This document shows, one piece after another, positions 32,188 to 42,036 of a stretch of 46,663 nucleotides of DNA. Below the pieces are notes generated by a model. The model was not told where the DNA came from and made no database searches. It saw nothing but the letters and a program-made list of their open reading frames with translations. The stretch lies in the IMG/VR virus record IMGVR_UViG_3300012347_000217, positions 1 to 46,663 of that record; one strand, written 5' to 3'. The first letter of the stretch is position 1. Every line of letters begins with the position of its first letter. A program made the position numbers and the translations under genes. Source of the DNA: a virus (lineage: Duplodnaviria > Heunggongvirae > Uroviricota > Caudoviricetes).

Positions 32188-32570
32188 AAAAGACATTCAA
32201 AGAATTACGTAACAGATGTTGGACCGGTTATAAACCTGTTAAAGGTAAAGAGCCATATTCAGATGATTCGTGTGAAAAAATCAAAGAAGAAGAAACTATT
32301 GATGAATCTGCTGCATGGCAACGTAAAGCTGGTAAAAATCCAGAAGGTGGTTTGAATCGCAAAGGTATTGCCTCATATCGCCGTGAGAATCCAGGTTCAA
32401 AGCTTTCTATGGCTGTAACAACACCTCCATCCAAATTAGATCCAGATTCAAAGTCGGCCAAACGCCGTAAATCATTCTGTGCAAGAATGAGTGGAATGCC
32501 AGGACCTATGAAGGATGAAAAAGGTCGTCCAACAAGAAAAGCACTCTCGTTGAAGAAGTGGAATTGCTAA
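32184..32570 (+). CDS. Basic hypothetical protein
   Basis: AWQRKAGKNPEGGLN...RRKSFCARM motif; ATGA coupling. Confidence 0.8.
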   Translation: MKKTFKELRNRCWTGYKPVKGKEPYSDDSCEKIKEEETIDESAAWQRKAGKNPEGGLNRKGIASYRRENPGSKLSMAVTTPPSKLDPDSKSAKRRKSFCARMSGMPGPMKDEKGRPTRKALSLKKWNC

Positions 32571-32881
32571 TGCAATCATTCAAATATTTCTGTGAACGAG
32601 TTGTTAAGACCGATTCTGGTTATAAACTCGTTTCCAAAACTACAGGTAAAAATCTTGGTACTGCATCTTCTTTGGAAGGTATCAAGAAGCGTGAGCGTGA
32701 AGTTGAATATTTCAAGCACATGAAAGAAGATGGTATGGGTTCTGCTGGACCTGCTAATGCAGTTGGCACAGGTGCCATTGCTGGTACTGGTGAAAAGGGT
32801 GGAGAACCTGGTGTAAATCCAAAACGTAAACGTACTGCTGTTATGAAACCTCTACGCTTACGTTCAATGCCTAAGATGTAA
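32558..32881 (+). CDS. Hypothetical protein
   Basis: 107-aa ORF with KNLGT and IAGTG motifs. Confidence 0.75.
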   Translation: MELLMQSFKYFCERVVKTDSGYKLVSKTTGKNLGTASSLEGIKKREREVEYFKHMKEDGMGSAGPANAVGTGAIAGTGEKGGEPGVNPKRKRTAVMKPLRLRSMPKM

Positions 32882-32882
32882 A

Positions 32883-33290
32883 ATGTGGATATTACAGTGG
32901 TTTCCTAACTGGTTGTTCTATGCAATCTTAATTGCCGGCTTTGCCGGTTTATTGCTTTCCAGATTTGTTCCAGCGTTCTATCGTTCTGCTGTACAAGCAG
33001 CATCTATTGCTGCTTTCACATTTGGTGTATTCATGTCTGGTGGAATCTATGACAATGAAGCATGGAAAGAACGTGTTGCTGAAATGGAAGCCAAGGTAGA
33101 AAAAGCTGCACAGGAATCTAAAGAAGCTAATGCTGCTATTGATGCGAAGATGGAATCATTCCAGAAAGCACAGGCCGAGAAGAAGATTTACATCAAAGAC
33201 TTTATAACCACAGAGATTGTTAAATACAACGAGTCCTGTGAAATCCCTAAAGAATTTATAGAAATTGTTAATAAGGCTGCAACAAAATGA
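32883..33290 (+). CDS. i-spanin (Rz-like) candidate
   Basis: N-terminal transmembrane segments plus coiled coil, upstream of a lipoprotein, endolysin and holin. Confidence 0.6.
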   Translation: MWILQWFPNWLFYAILIAGFAGLLLSRFVPAFYRSAVQAASIAAFTFGVFMSGGIYDNEAWKERVAEMEAKVEKAAQESKEANAAIDAKMESFQKAQAEKKIYIKDFITTEIVKYNESCEIPKEFIEIVNKAATK

Positions 33291-33457
33291 TTAATGCGTC
33301 CGAACTACATAAAATGTATCAAGCATGGCAACAAGGTAACGAACACTATGCTAAAGATTGGTCTTATTTTGTAGAATGGGCGGCAAGAATTATGGGTACA
33401 TCAGGTGATGTGGTACTGAGAGAATTACAGAAACACTATTGGTTTAAACAGGAATGA
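33287..33457 (+). CDS. 56-aa hypothetical protein (MINASELHKM...)
   Basis: ATGA overlaps with the genes on both sides. Confidence 0.65.
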   Translation: MINASELHKMYQAWQQGNEHYAKDWSYFVEWAARIMGTSGDVVLRELQKHYWFKQE

Positions 33458-33711
33458 AATATCTTATTTTAGTATTAGCATTGGCAGGTTGTTCAACTAC
33501 AGTTCCGGTAACTGCTAGATTTCCTGATGCGCCTAAATATGCCAACGAGGCATGTTCCCCGTTAAAGAAGTTAAATGATAATGCAAAGTTAAGTGACGTA
33601 GCTACCTCCGTCACCGACAACTATTCGACATATTATGATTGTGCTGCGAAAAATGATGCTTGGATTGAATGGTATCAGGTACAAAAACAAATATTCGAAA
33701 GTGTAAAATAA
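33454..33711 (+). CDS. o-spanin (Rz1-like) lipoprotein
   Basis: Signal peptide with lipobox LAGC; Pro-rich mature region. Confidence 0.7.
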   Translation: MKYLILVLALAGCSTTVPVTARFPDAPKYANEACSPLKKLNDNAKLSDVATSVTDNYSTYYDCAAKNDAWIEWYQVQKQIFESVK

Positions 33712-34334
33712 TGGAATTGTCAAAAGAACAACTAAAACAACTAATTCCCAAGAACCCTTATGTAGACCACTGGTACGAGGCTCTGTCTCAATTACTACCA
33801 GACTATGAGATTAATACTCCACAACGTATTGCTGCTTTCATTGCACAATGCGCACACGAGTCTGGTGGATTCACTGCTCTCAAAGAGAACTTGAATTACA
33901 AGCCAGCAACGCTACGTAAGATTTTCCCTAAGTATTTCCCAACAGACGAACTCGCTGCTGCATATTGCTCTATGCCTAATAAGCAAGAAGCTATTGCTAA
34001 CCGTGTGTATGCAAACCGTATGGGTAACGGTGACGAACATTCCGGTGACGGTTACAAGTATTGTGGTCGTGGTTTGATTCAGTTGACCGGTAAAGACAAC
34101 TATTCATGGTTTGCTGCATCGTTGGAGATTACTCCAGAAGAAGCATCAGAATACCTAGGCACTTTCGAAGGTGCTGCACAATCAGCTTGCTGGTTCTGGG
34201 AATCAAACAATCTAAACCAGTGGGCAGACAAGGGTGATATCCTTACACTGACTAAGAGAATCAACGGCGGTACTATTGGACTTGAAGACCGTATTAAACA
34301 TTATGAACACGCATTACATGTTTTAGGAGTTTAA
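33711..34334 (+). CDS. Glycoside hydrolase family 19 endolysin
   Basis: AQCAHESGGF, GRGLIQLTG, TKRINGG motifs; start at MELSK. Confidence 0.93.
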   Translation: MELSKEQLKQLIPKNPYVDHWYEALSQLLPDYEINTPQRIAAFIAQCAHESGGFTALKENLNYKPATLRKIFPKYFPTDELAAAYCSMPNKQEAIANRVYANRMGNGDEHSGDGYKYCGRGLIQLTGKDNYSWFAASLEITPEEASEYLGTFEGAAQSACWFWESNNLNQWADKGDILTLTKRINGGTIGLEDRIKHYEHALHVLGV

Positions 34335-34335
34335 T

Positions 34336-34809
34336 ATGGCAGAAGAAATCAAAGTAGAAGAAAAAGCACAAGAAGATTGGATGACCAAGAAATGGCGTCC
34401 AATGATGGCAATGATGTATATGATTTGCTGTCTATGTGACTTCGCATTGTTCCCAATCATGTTTACTGTTGTACAGTTCTGGGAAGTTCAAGCGGCCAAC
34501 GATGCATTCCGTCAATGGGTTCCAATTACATTACAGGGTGGTGGTTTGTTCCACGTAGCCATGGGTGGTGTATTGGGTGTAACCGCATACGGTAGAACAC
34601 AAGAGAAACTTGGTGGTGCAACAACTCCAGCAGTTGCAACTCCAACACTCACAACGGCAACTCCAGTAGTTCCCGTACAAACACCAGTAGTCGCACCTGC
34701 GCCAGCTCCAGTAGTTGTTGCACAAGCACCTACATACAGTGTAGCACCGGTTGTAGCCGGATTCGGTGGCAAAGCAGCACCTCCTCCAGCACCACAACCA
34801 GAAATTTAA
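34336..34809 (+). CDS. Holin (3TM/GTA-holin-like) with a Pro/Ala-rich tail
   Basis: KWRPMM...transmembrane...GVTAYGRTQEK pattern next to the endolysin. Confidence 0.75.
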   Translation: MAEEIKVEEKAQEDWMTKKWRPMMAMMYMICCLCDFALFPIMFTVVQFWEVQAANDAFRQWVPITLQGGGLFHVAMGGVLGVTAYGRTQEKLGGATTPAVATPTLTTATPVVPVQTPVVAPAPAPVVVAQAPTYSVAPVVAGFGGKAAPPPAPQPEI

Positions 34810-34818
34810 GGAAGTACC

Positions 34819-35010
34819 ATGACAAAAACCATCATAGCATACATTGCAATCCTATTCACATTTTTTTCATCTTTGGCATATGCAGAAGCAGAAACCAAGA
34901 AGTCATGCGTAACACAAAAAGACGCAAAGACTGGTAAAGAAAAAGAAGTCTGTAAGACTATCAAAGTTCACAAGAAACTTGAAGTTCCCGAAGACAAGAA
35001 AAAGAAATGA
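34819..35010 (+). CDS. Small secreted/membrane hypothetical protein
   Basis: Signal peptide, two Cys, Lys-rich. Confidence 0.7.
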   Translation: MTKTIIAYIAILFTFFSSLAYAEAETKKSCVTQKDAKTGKEKEVCKTIKVHKKLEVPEDKKKK

Positions 35011-35444
35011 GTGCTGAGTCAGATTGCATCGAAATGAAAGTTGATGTTGGTGTCTTAAAGGAACAAGTTAAGACACTAACTCAGCTTTGCGATAAGATGG
35101 ACAAAGTCATCGAACGACTTATGGATAACAACGACCGTATGGTCAATCAAATCTACGATGACATGGACAAAAGAAAAAGCAGCACCAATGAGGATGTAAA
35201 AGAACTACATTCTAGAATTACCACTGTGGATAGAAATCTCGGTGATAAGCTGGAGTTGACTGAGCGTAGGATTATGGATGAGATTAAATCCCTCAAAGCT
35301 CAAATCACAGAACACAATGCTAAAGAAGACAGTGAACTGAAGAAGATTATGGAGTGGAAGTGGATGGCAGCAGGTGGTATTATTGTCATCGCATGGTTGC
35401 TTTCTAACGTAAAATTTGATACAATACTGAAACTACTCCTTTAA
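35007..35444 (+). CDS. Coiled-coil protein with a C-terminal transmembrane helix
   Basis: 145 aa, ATGA coupling. Confidence 0.75.
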   Translation: MSAESDCIEMKVDVGVLKEQVKTLTQLCDKMDKVIERLMDNNDRMVNQIYDDMDKRKSSTNEDVKELHSRITTVDRNLGDKLELTERRIMDEIKSLKAQITEHNAKEDSELKKIMEWKWMAAGGIIVIAWLLSNVKFDTILKLLL

Positions 35445-35459
35445 CTCTATAAGTTCGTT

Positions 35460-36497
35460 ATGTCTGTTTTCATTGATAGAAAATATTTGAAGCTACTCTC
35501 CCCAAAACTAAACAGGTTCTCCCAGAAAAAGGACGACCTGTTTAATTTTCGGTGCCCATTTTGTGGCGATTCTCAAAAGAATTTACTCAAAGCACGAGGG
35601 TACGTATACCGCAAGAAGAATGACTACTTCTACAAGTGTCAGAACTGTGGTGTTGGGCACACGATGTATAACCTCATTAACCTGATTGATTCCAATTTGG
35701 TGAAAGAGTATGCACTCGAACGTTATGCTAACGGTGAAACTGGTAGTCAGAACTACCCAAAAGCCGAAGTCAAAAAGGCTGAACAGGCCAAATTTACATT
35801 TGAAGCACCTGTTTTCAAGAAAAAGCCCACAATCAATCTCCCCAAAATCATAGACCTCGATATGGATCACTATGCAGCTCAATATTGCATAGGACGAAAA
35901 CTGCCTTTAGATACATATAATAATCTATACTATGCAGAAGATTTCAAAGCATTCGTGGATGAGCTATTGCCTGACCATGGAAAAGAACTCAAAGAAGATG
36001 ATCCTCGTTTGATTATTCCTTTCTTTGACCGTGATGGTTCCCTATTGGCAATTCAAGGTCGAGCATTGCGTGATTCCAAAATTAGATATATAACTATCAA
36101 ACTTGCGGAAGAGAGCATCAAAATCTATGGTTTGAATACCGTGAATGTCGAAGATAAGGTTTATGTGTTCGAGGGTCCCATTGATTCACTCTTTATCAAA
36201 AATGCAGTGGCAACGGCAGATGCGAACCTCAGAAATGCAGTGAATTATATTTCCAAGGACAAGCTGGTCTTGGTATTTGATAATGAACCACGCAACAAAG
36301 ATATCTGTAAAATTATGGATAAGGCCATTGAAGAACACTTCAACATTTGCATCTGGCCGGAAATGATGCAAGAGAAAGATATTAATGATATGATTATCAA
36401 CGGATTCACATCAGATGAAATCACCGATATCATTGATAAGAATACATTTGTCAACCTACGTGCAAAGATGGAGTTTATACAATGGAAAAAGGTGTAA
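35460..36497 (+). CDS. 61: DNA primase (T4 gp61)
   Basis: CPFCGD...CQNC zinc finger; EGPIDS and DNE TOPRIM motifs. Confidence 0.95.
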   Translation: MSVFIDRKYLKLLSPKLNRFSQKKDDLFNFRCPFCGDSQKNLLKARGYVYRKKNDYFYKCQNCGVGHTMYNLINLIDSNLVKEYALERYANGETGSQNYPKAEVKKAEQAKFTFEAPVFKKKPTINLPKIIDLDMDHYAAQYCIGRKLPLDTYNNLYYAEDFKAFVDELLPDHGKELKEDDPRLIIPFFDRDGSLLAIQGRALRDSKIRYITIKLAEESIKIYGLNTVNVEDKVYVFEGPIDSLFIKNAVATADANLRNAVNYISKDKLVLVFDNEPRNKDICKIMDKAIEEHFNICIWPEMMQEKDINDMIINGFTSDEITDIIDKNTFVNLRAKMEFIQWKKV

Positions 36498-36718
36498 AAG
36501 GTGATGTTCGAAGCATCCTAGTAAGTGAGTATGAACAAGGCCGTAAGGCTTTGGTATATAAAGAGATTGCCGAAAGTGAAGCATGTAAATGCTCCTGCTA
36601 TTCGATTGAATTTTATGAGGATGGCATTAAGAAGCTTCCACTAATGATGCATGGTGCAACATTAGAGCAAGTGGAAAATATGGCTGAAAATTGGGTATTA
36701 ACAGGAAATATAGAATGA
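36482..36718 (+). CDS. Hypothetical protein
   Basis: 78-aa ORF ending AENWVL. Confidence 0.6.
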   Translation: MEKGVKGDVRSILVSEYEQGRKALVYKEIAESEACKCSCYSIEFYEDGIKKLPLMMHGATLEQVENMAENWVLTGNIE

Positions 36719-37383
36719 ATGTAAAATTAATTAACTATTCGCAAAGTCCCGATGGGATGAATTTGCTTGAACAAGTCGCATATGCAGCACGTGTATCGAA
36801 TCCGGCTAATCAAGGTAACCTAGATACTTCCGAGAAGTTGGTACGTTACCTCATCAAGAACCAGCATTGGTCACCTTTGGAGATGGTTTCGGTCTGTTTG
36901 GAGATTAACACGACACGAGACATTGCACGACAAATCCTACGACACCGCTCATTCTCTTTCCAAGAGTTTTCCCAGCGGTACGCACGTGCGGATGACCTAG
37001 GTTTCGTATTGCGTGAAGCACGACTACAGGATACCAAGAACCGTCAAAACTCCGTTGAAATGGACATGTCAACTGACCAAGAACGTCAGATTGCATACCA
37101 ATGGGAAAATCTGCAAAACGACTTGCTATTGCGTACACGTGATGTTTATACATGGGCGTTAGATAAGGGTATTGCAAAAGAACAGGCTCGTGCAGTTCTA
37201 CCAGAAGGTAACACTAAGTCTCGTATGTACATGAACGGAACCTTGCGTTCTTGGGTTCACTATATACAACTCAGATCCGCAAATGGTACACAGAAAGAGC
37301 ATCGTGAAATTGCGGTGGAATGTTCAGATGTGATTGAAACAGTTTTCCCAATGATTAAGGAGTTTACAAATGAACAGCCATGA
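36715..37383 (+). CDS. thyX: FAD-dependent thymidylate synthase
   Basis: HWSPLE, RHRSFSFQEFSQRY, QKEHR motifs. Confidence 0.96.
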   Translation: MNVKLINYSQSPDGMNLLEQVAYAARVSNPANQGNLDTSEKLVRYLIKNQHWSPLEMVSVCLEINTTRDIARQILRHRSFSFQEFSQRYARADDLGFVLREARLQDTKNRQNSVEMDMSTDQERQIAYQWENLQNDLLLRTRDVYTWALDKGIAKEQARAVLPEGNTKSRMYMNGTLRSWVHYIQLRSANGTQKEHREIAVECSDVIETVFPMIKEFTNEQP

Positions 37384-37732
37384 TGATGTAGCAAAATTTA
37401 TGTATGCATGTGACCAGAACGCAAGCGATTTTGGTCCCCAAGCAAACTTGTATTTAAAATTGATTGAAGAAGAATACAAAGAATTACAATATGCATTTGG
37501 TAATAGAGATATGGTCGAGATTGCAGATGCCTGTGCGGATTTGAAATGGGTTATCGAGGGACTTGAACATACATTGAAAATTCCTCAACAAGCAGTTTGG
37601 GATGAAGTTGCACGTAGCAATTTGGCAAAGATTGATAGTGATACCGGTAAAGTGATTAAACGAGCAGATGGTAAAGTATTGAAACCTGATGGATGGACTC
37701 CACCAGATATTGCAAGCATTTTAAGAAAATAA
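37370..37732 (+). CDS. MazG-like/PRA-PH nucleotide pyrophosphohydrolase
   Basis: EEYKEL...EIADACAD...SNLAK...GKVLKP. Confidence 0.85.
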   Translation: MNSHDDVAKFMYACDQNASDFGPQANLYLKLIEEEYKELQYAFGNRDMVEIADACADLKWVIEGLEHTLKIPQQAVWDEVARSNLAKIDSDTGKVIKRADGKVLKPDGWTPPDIASILRK

Positions 37733-37746
37733 TAATAAGGAAAAAT

Positions 37747-39558
37747 ATGGATAACATGGGAATTAAAATAGACTATTCGAGGGACTCATTGTTCGATGAG
37801 TTGGGCTTGAAACGTCTAAAAGAATCCTACATGCGGGAAGAAGAAAATTCACCGCAAGAAAGATTCGCTTTTGTATCGGCCGCATTTGGTTCCAATCCGG
37901 AACATGCACAACGTTTGTACGATTATTCGTCTAAACATTGGTTGTCTTACTCGACACCGATTCTTTCTTTCGGACGTTCTAAGAAAGGTTTACCAATCTC
38001 ATGTTTTCTAAACTTCATCGAAGATACTGCGGAGGGTCTAGTTGATAACCTTAGCGAAACTAACTGGCTTAGCATGTTTGGTGGCGGCGTTGGCATTGGT
38101 TTTGGTATACGCAGTGCTGATGACAAGTCTACTGGTGTCATGCCACACCTTAAAATTTATGACGCAAGTAGCTTGGCTTATCGCCAAGGTCGCACTCGTC
38201 GTGGCTCTTATGCTGCTTATCTGGACATATCTCACCCTGATATCTTACCTTTCCTAGAAATGCGTAAACCTACAGGTGACCCTAATGTGCGTTGCCTGAA
38301 CATGCACCACGGTATTAATATTCCAGATGCATTCATGGAAATCATCGAGCGTTGTATGGTTGATCCGGAAGCCAAGGATGACTGGGATTTGATTGATCCG
38401 AAGTCTGGTGAGGTCCGTGAGACAGTATCAGCTAAACACCTGTGGCAGATGATCCTAGAGCTTCGTATGCATACTGGTGAACCATACTTGCATTTCATTG
38501 ATACAAGTAACCGTATGTTACCTCAACACTTGAAGGACTTGGGTTTCAAAGTACACCAATCCAATCTGTGTTCTGAAATTATTTTACCAACTAACAAAGA
38601 CCGTACTGCTGTATGTTGCTTGTCTAGTTTGAACTTGGAGACTTATGATGAGTGGAAAGATGAAAAGCTATTCCTTAAAGACGTTGCTGAAATGTTGGAC
38701 AACGTATTACAGTATTTTATTGATAATGCTCCTGATGCTATCGCACGAGCTAGGTACTCTGCACAACGTGAGCGTAGCATTGGGGTGGGGGCTCTTGGGT
38801 TTCATGCTTACCTTCAGCGTAACAATGTTGCTTTCGAAGGTGTCATGGCGAAAGTTCTTAACAACAAAATCTTCAAACACATAAAAGAGGGGCTAGATGA
38901 GGCTAATCAAATTCTTGGAACAGAACGAGGGGAAGCTCCTGATGCTGTCGGCACTGGCAAGCGTTTCAGTCTTACTATGGCTATTGCTCCAAATGCTTCT
39001 TCGTCTATCATCTTACGAAATACTAGCCCTAGTACTGAGCCTTACCGTGCTAACGCTTACCGTCAAGACACTCTATCGGGCGCATTTCTAAATAAGAATC
39101 GTTGGTTAGATAAGGTCATCTTCAATCATCTTTCTCCTAGTGGTGCACCACTGACACCAACAGGTGAAGATAAGATGCAAGAGATTTGGTCATCTATCAT
39201 TGCTAACGATGGTTCTGTTCAACATTTGGATTGGATGGACGAGAATACTAAGGAAGTGTTTAAGACTTCGATGGAAATTGACCAACGTTGGGTGATTGAA
39301 CATGCTGCTGACCGTCAACAATATATTGACCAAGCACAATCATTGAATGTGTTCTTCCGTCCAGATTCTAGTATTAAATACATTCATGCTATTCACTTTA
39401 TGGCATGGAAAAAAGGTTTGAAGACTATGTACTACCTACGTTCTGAGAAGATTGGTAAGGCAGATAAAGTCTCTAAGAAAATTGAACGCAAAGTTATGGA
39501 AGAAATCGACATGACGTTGATTGCTCAAGGTAACGATTGCATTGCTTGCGAAGGATAA
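37747..39558 (+). CDS. nrdA: Class I ribonucleotide reductase alpha subunit
   Basis: ISCF, SNLCSEI, APNASSS, TMYY, C-terminal CIAC; start at MDNMG. Confidence 0.96.
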   Translation: MDNMGIKIDYSRDSLFDELGLKRLKESYMREEENSPQERFAFVSAAFGSNPEHAQRLYDYSSKHWLSYSTPILSFGRSKKGLPISCFLNFIEDTAEGLVDNLSETNWLSMFGGGVGIGFGIRSADDKSTGVMPHLKIYDASSLAYRQGRTRRGSYAAYLDISHPDILPFLEMRKPTGDPNVRCLNMHHGINIPDAFMEIIERCMVDPEAKDDWDLIDPKSGEVRETVSAKHLWQMILELRMHTGEPYLHFIDTSNRMLPQHLKDLGFKVHQSNLCSEIILPTNKDRTAVCCLSSLNLETYDEWKDEKLFLKDVAEMLDNVLQYFIDNAPDAIARARYSAQRERSIGVGALGFHAYLQRNNVAFEGVMAKVLNNKIFKHIKEGLDEANQILGTERGEAPDAVGTGKRFSLTMAIAPNASSSIILRNTSPSTEPYRANAYRQDTLSGAFLNKNRWLDKVIFNHLSPSGAPLTPTGEDKMQEIWSSIIANDGSVQHLDWMDENTKEVFKTSMEIDQRWVIEHAADRQQYIDQAQSLNVFFRPDSSIKYIHAIHFMAWKKGLKTMYYLRSEKIGKADKVSKKIERKVMEEIDMTLIAQGNDCIACEG

Positions 39559-39561
39559 CAT

Positions 39562-39807
39562 ATGAGTAAAAGAATTTTAAGATTTACAGCTTCATGGTGC
39601 CAACCATGTAAAGCTTTGGCCATGAACTTAGAATCGGCAGATATCAAAGTGCCGATTGAAGTAATTGATATTGACGTACAATCCGAAACAGCCATGGAAT
39701 ATGGCATTCGTGGTGTACCGACTTTGGTCATGTTGGATGGTAATACGGAAATGAAACGTGTTACTGGTAATAAGACCGTAAAAGAATTGCAGGATTGGGT
39801 AGCATGA
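39562..39807 (+). CDS. Thioredoxin
   Basis: WCQPC active site, GVPTL. Confidence 0.92.
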   Translation: MSKRILRFTASWCQPCKALAMNLESADIKVPIEVIDIDVQSETAMEYGIRGVPTLVMLDGNTEMKRVTGNKTVKELQDWVA

Positions 39808-40790
39808 TTAAAAAAGCTAAATCACGTTTAACGGACGAACGTAGTTCATTTAAGCCGTTTAACTATCCTTGGGCCTACGATGCTTGGCTCAAGCATGAAC
39901 AATCACATTGGCTTCACACCGAAGTTCCAATGTTAGAAGATGAAAAAGATTGGAAGAAAAAACTGTCTAAGGAAGAAAAACAATTCCTTACACACATCTT
40001 CCGCTTCTTCACACAAGGTGATATCGACGTTGCCGGTGGCTATGTCAACAACTATCTACCATACTTCCCTCAACCAGAAGTTCGTATGATGTTGTTAGGC
40101 TTTGCCGCACGTGAAGCGTTGCATATTGCTGCATATTCTCACCTCATCGAAACACTTGGACTTCCAGAAACAGTTTATAACGATTTCATGGAATACAAGG
40201 AGATGAAAGAGAAGCATGACTATGTTCTTGATATTTCCGCACAGAATACAACTAAAGAGAATACTGCTACACACATTGCTGTGTTCTCAGCCTTTACCGA
40301 AGGTATGCAGTTGTTCTCGTCATTCATTATGTTGTTGAACTTCCCTCGTCATGGTAAGATGAAAGGTATGGGTCAAATCGTTACTTGGTCTATTGTTGAT
40401 GAAACTCAACATGCTGAGAATATGATTAAACTATTCCGTACTTACATCGAAGAAAACAAAGAAATTTGGAATGATGAACTCAAAGGTCGCATCTACACCA
40501 TTGCTGAAAGAATGGTTGAGTTGGAAGATAAGTTTATCGACTTGGCTTTCAAAATGGGTGCTATGGAAGACTTGACTTCGGAAGACGTTAAGAAGTACAT
40601 TCGTTACATCGCAGACCGCAGACTCATTTCACTTGGCCTAAAAGGTATCTTTAAGGTTAAGAAGAACCCATTACCATGGGTTGAAGAAATGATTAACGCA
40701 CCAACACACACAAACTTCTTCGAAAACCGTGCAACAGATTATGCCAAAGGCGCAGTAACTGGAAGCTGGGGAGATGTTTGGGCCCACTAA
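39804..40790 (+). CDS. nrdB: Class I ribonucleotide reductase beta subunit
   Basis: EALHIAAY, EG.QLFSSF, DETQH, NFFE...Y motifs. Confidence 0.96.
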   Translation: MIKKAKSRLTDERSSFKPFNYPWAYDAWLKHEQSHWLHTEVPMLEDEKDWKKKLSKEEKQFLTHIFRFFTQGDIDVAGGYVNNYLPYFPQPEVRMMLLGFAAREALHIAAYSHLIETLGLPETVYNDFMEYKEMKEKHDYVLDISAQNTTKENTATHIAVFSAFTEGMQLFSSFIMLLNFPRHGKMKGMGQIVTWSIVDETQHAENMIKLFRTYIEENKEIWNDELKGRIYTIAERMVELEDKFIDLAFKMGAMEDLTSEDVKKYIRYIADRRLISLGLKGIFKVKKNPLPWVEEMINAPTHTNFFENRATDYAKGAVTGSWGDVWAH

Positions 40791-40811
40791 TAAGAATAAT
40801 AAGGGACTAAG

Positions 40812-41000
40812 ATGAAAGATAAATTAATAACAGCGGATTGCATCAATTGTGAATCCACATATGAAATTGCATACGTAGAAGAAATGGTTTCGAATGAGAC
40901 TCCATCGTTTTGTCCATTTTGTGGCGAAAGGGTTGAAGATATTCAAGAAGAATATATAGATCCTGATGAACAAAATGAGAATGAATCGGAATGGGACTAA
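40812..41000 (+). CDS. Small zinc-ribbon protein
   Basis: CINC...CPFC, acidic tail. Confidence 0.75.
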   Translation: MKDKLITADCINCESTYEIAYVEEMVSNETPSFCPFCGERVEDIQEEYIDPDEQNENESEWD

Positions 41001-41428
41001 ACTGGACACACAACGGAAAAGACTTTACAGATGAAGATATTGGTGATAATTATGGATTCGTCTATTTAATCACCAATACTTCTACAGGTAAAAAATATAT
41101 TGGTAAGAAATTCTTCTATTCAATGCGTACTAAAGTATTAAAGGGGAAGAAGAAACGATTTAAAGTTGCATCGGATTGGCAAACTTATTACGGTTCTAAC
41201 ACAGAACTGCAAAATGATGTTAAGATGTTAACTGAGTCGATGTTCACTAGGGAGATTATACACTTATGCAAATCGAAAGGTGAGTGTGGGTATATCGAAG
41301 CTAAGGAACAATTTGACCGTGGCGTATTAGAGTCTAATGATTATTACAATAGTTGGATTATGGTAAGAGTGCGTAAATCACATATAAAGGCATTTAATGA
41401 GCGAATCCTTCCTACAATTAAAGATTAG
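40991..41428 (+). CDS. GIY-YIG nuclease
   Basis: GFVY...YIGKK, YYGS, E, YN motifs. Confidence 0.85.
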   Translation: MGLNWTHNGKDFTDEDIGDNYGFVYLITNTSTGKKYIGKKFFYSMRTKVLKGKKKRFKVASDWQTYYGSNTELQNDVKMLTESMFTREIIHLCKSKGECGYIEAKEQFDRGVLESNDYYNSWIMVRVRKSHIKAFNERILPTIKD

Positions 41429-41765
41429 TGAATTTGACGGTATTAACTTCTATCGTAATGAAGAAAATATCGAAGTAGATTCATTTCAGTACACAGAACC
41501 TTTCGTCAAGCTGGAGGGTTCAGCTATGGGAGATTTGTATGATATCATCATCTTTCCAGAAGATCCACCAAAGATGCCTGAAAGATTTAAAGCTATTCTA
41601 TCATCACCAATACATTACGTAGAGCGTATGGTCAAGGATGGCTTTTTGGGTGTTGTTGCTAAGGCCACAACAACATCAGATGAATTCATGGATGAAGTGG
41701 AAGAACACTTCAATGCCATGGTGGCCATTTATGTTAAACACTATGAGGAAGATGAAGATGAATAA
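41397..41765 (+). CDS. Hypothetical acidic protein
   Basis: 122-aa ORF in operon context. Confidence 0.7.
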   Translation: MSESFLQLKISEFDGINFYRNEENIEVDSFQYTEPFVKLEGSAMGDLYDIIIFPEDPPKMPERFKAILSSPIHYVERMVKDGFLGVVAKATTTSDEFMDEVEEHFNAMVAIYVKHYEEDEDE

Positions 41766-42036
41766 GCACTATGAAATGAAACAAATCTTGCAGAACAACG
41801 TAGCTATGGTAGTTTTTACTAAAGCTGACGGTACAGAACGTGAATTGAAATGTACACTTCTACCTGAATACCTGCCATTTGTGCCGAATGCAGGTCAGCA
41901 ATTATTGCAAGAAGACTTGACAACGAATCAAAATGCGACTACAATATCAGCATGGGACTTGGAAGCAAATGCATGGCGTTCTTTCAGGATTGATTCAGTT
42001 AAAAATATCTACACACATGAGACTAACATCCGTTAA
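41758..42036 (+). CDS. WYL-like/Sm-like small beta-barrel protein
   Basis: FTKADGTER..CT...WD....WRSFR pattern; start at the internal ATG. Confidence 0.75.
   Translation: MNKHYEMKQILQNNVAMVVFTKADGTERELKCTLLPEYLPFVPNAGQQLLQEDLTTNQNATTISAWDLEANAWRSFRIDSVKNIYTHETNIR

Noticed and set aside
34512-34797. Cys/Trp-rich and Gly/Ala-rich minus-strand ORFs
   Set aside because: They are shadows of the Pro/Ala/Val/Thr-rich holin tail.
13175-40790. Introns or inteins in gp43, gp41, primase, nrdA or nrdB
   Set aside because: All are uninterrupted and of ordinary length, with no intein-like insertions.
40991-41428. GIY-YIG as an active homing element targeting nrdB
   Set aside because: Only the nuclease domain is evident, with no DNA-binding extension and no insertion within nrdB. 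Kept as a plain CDS.
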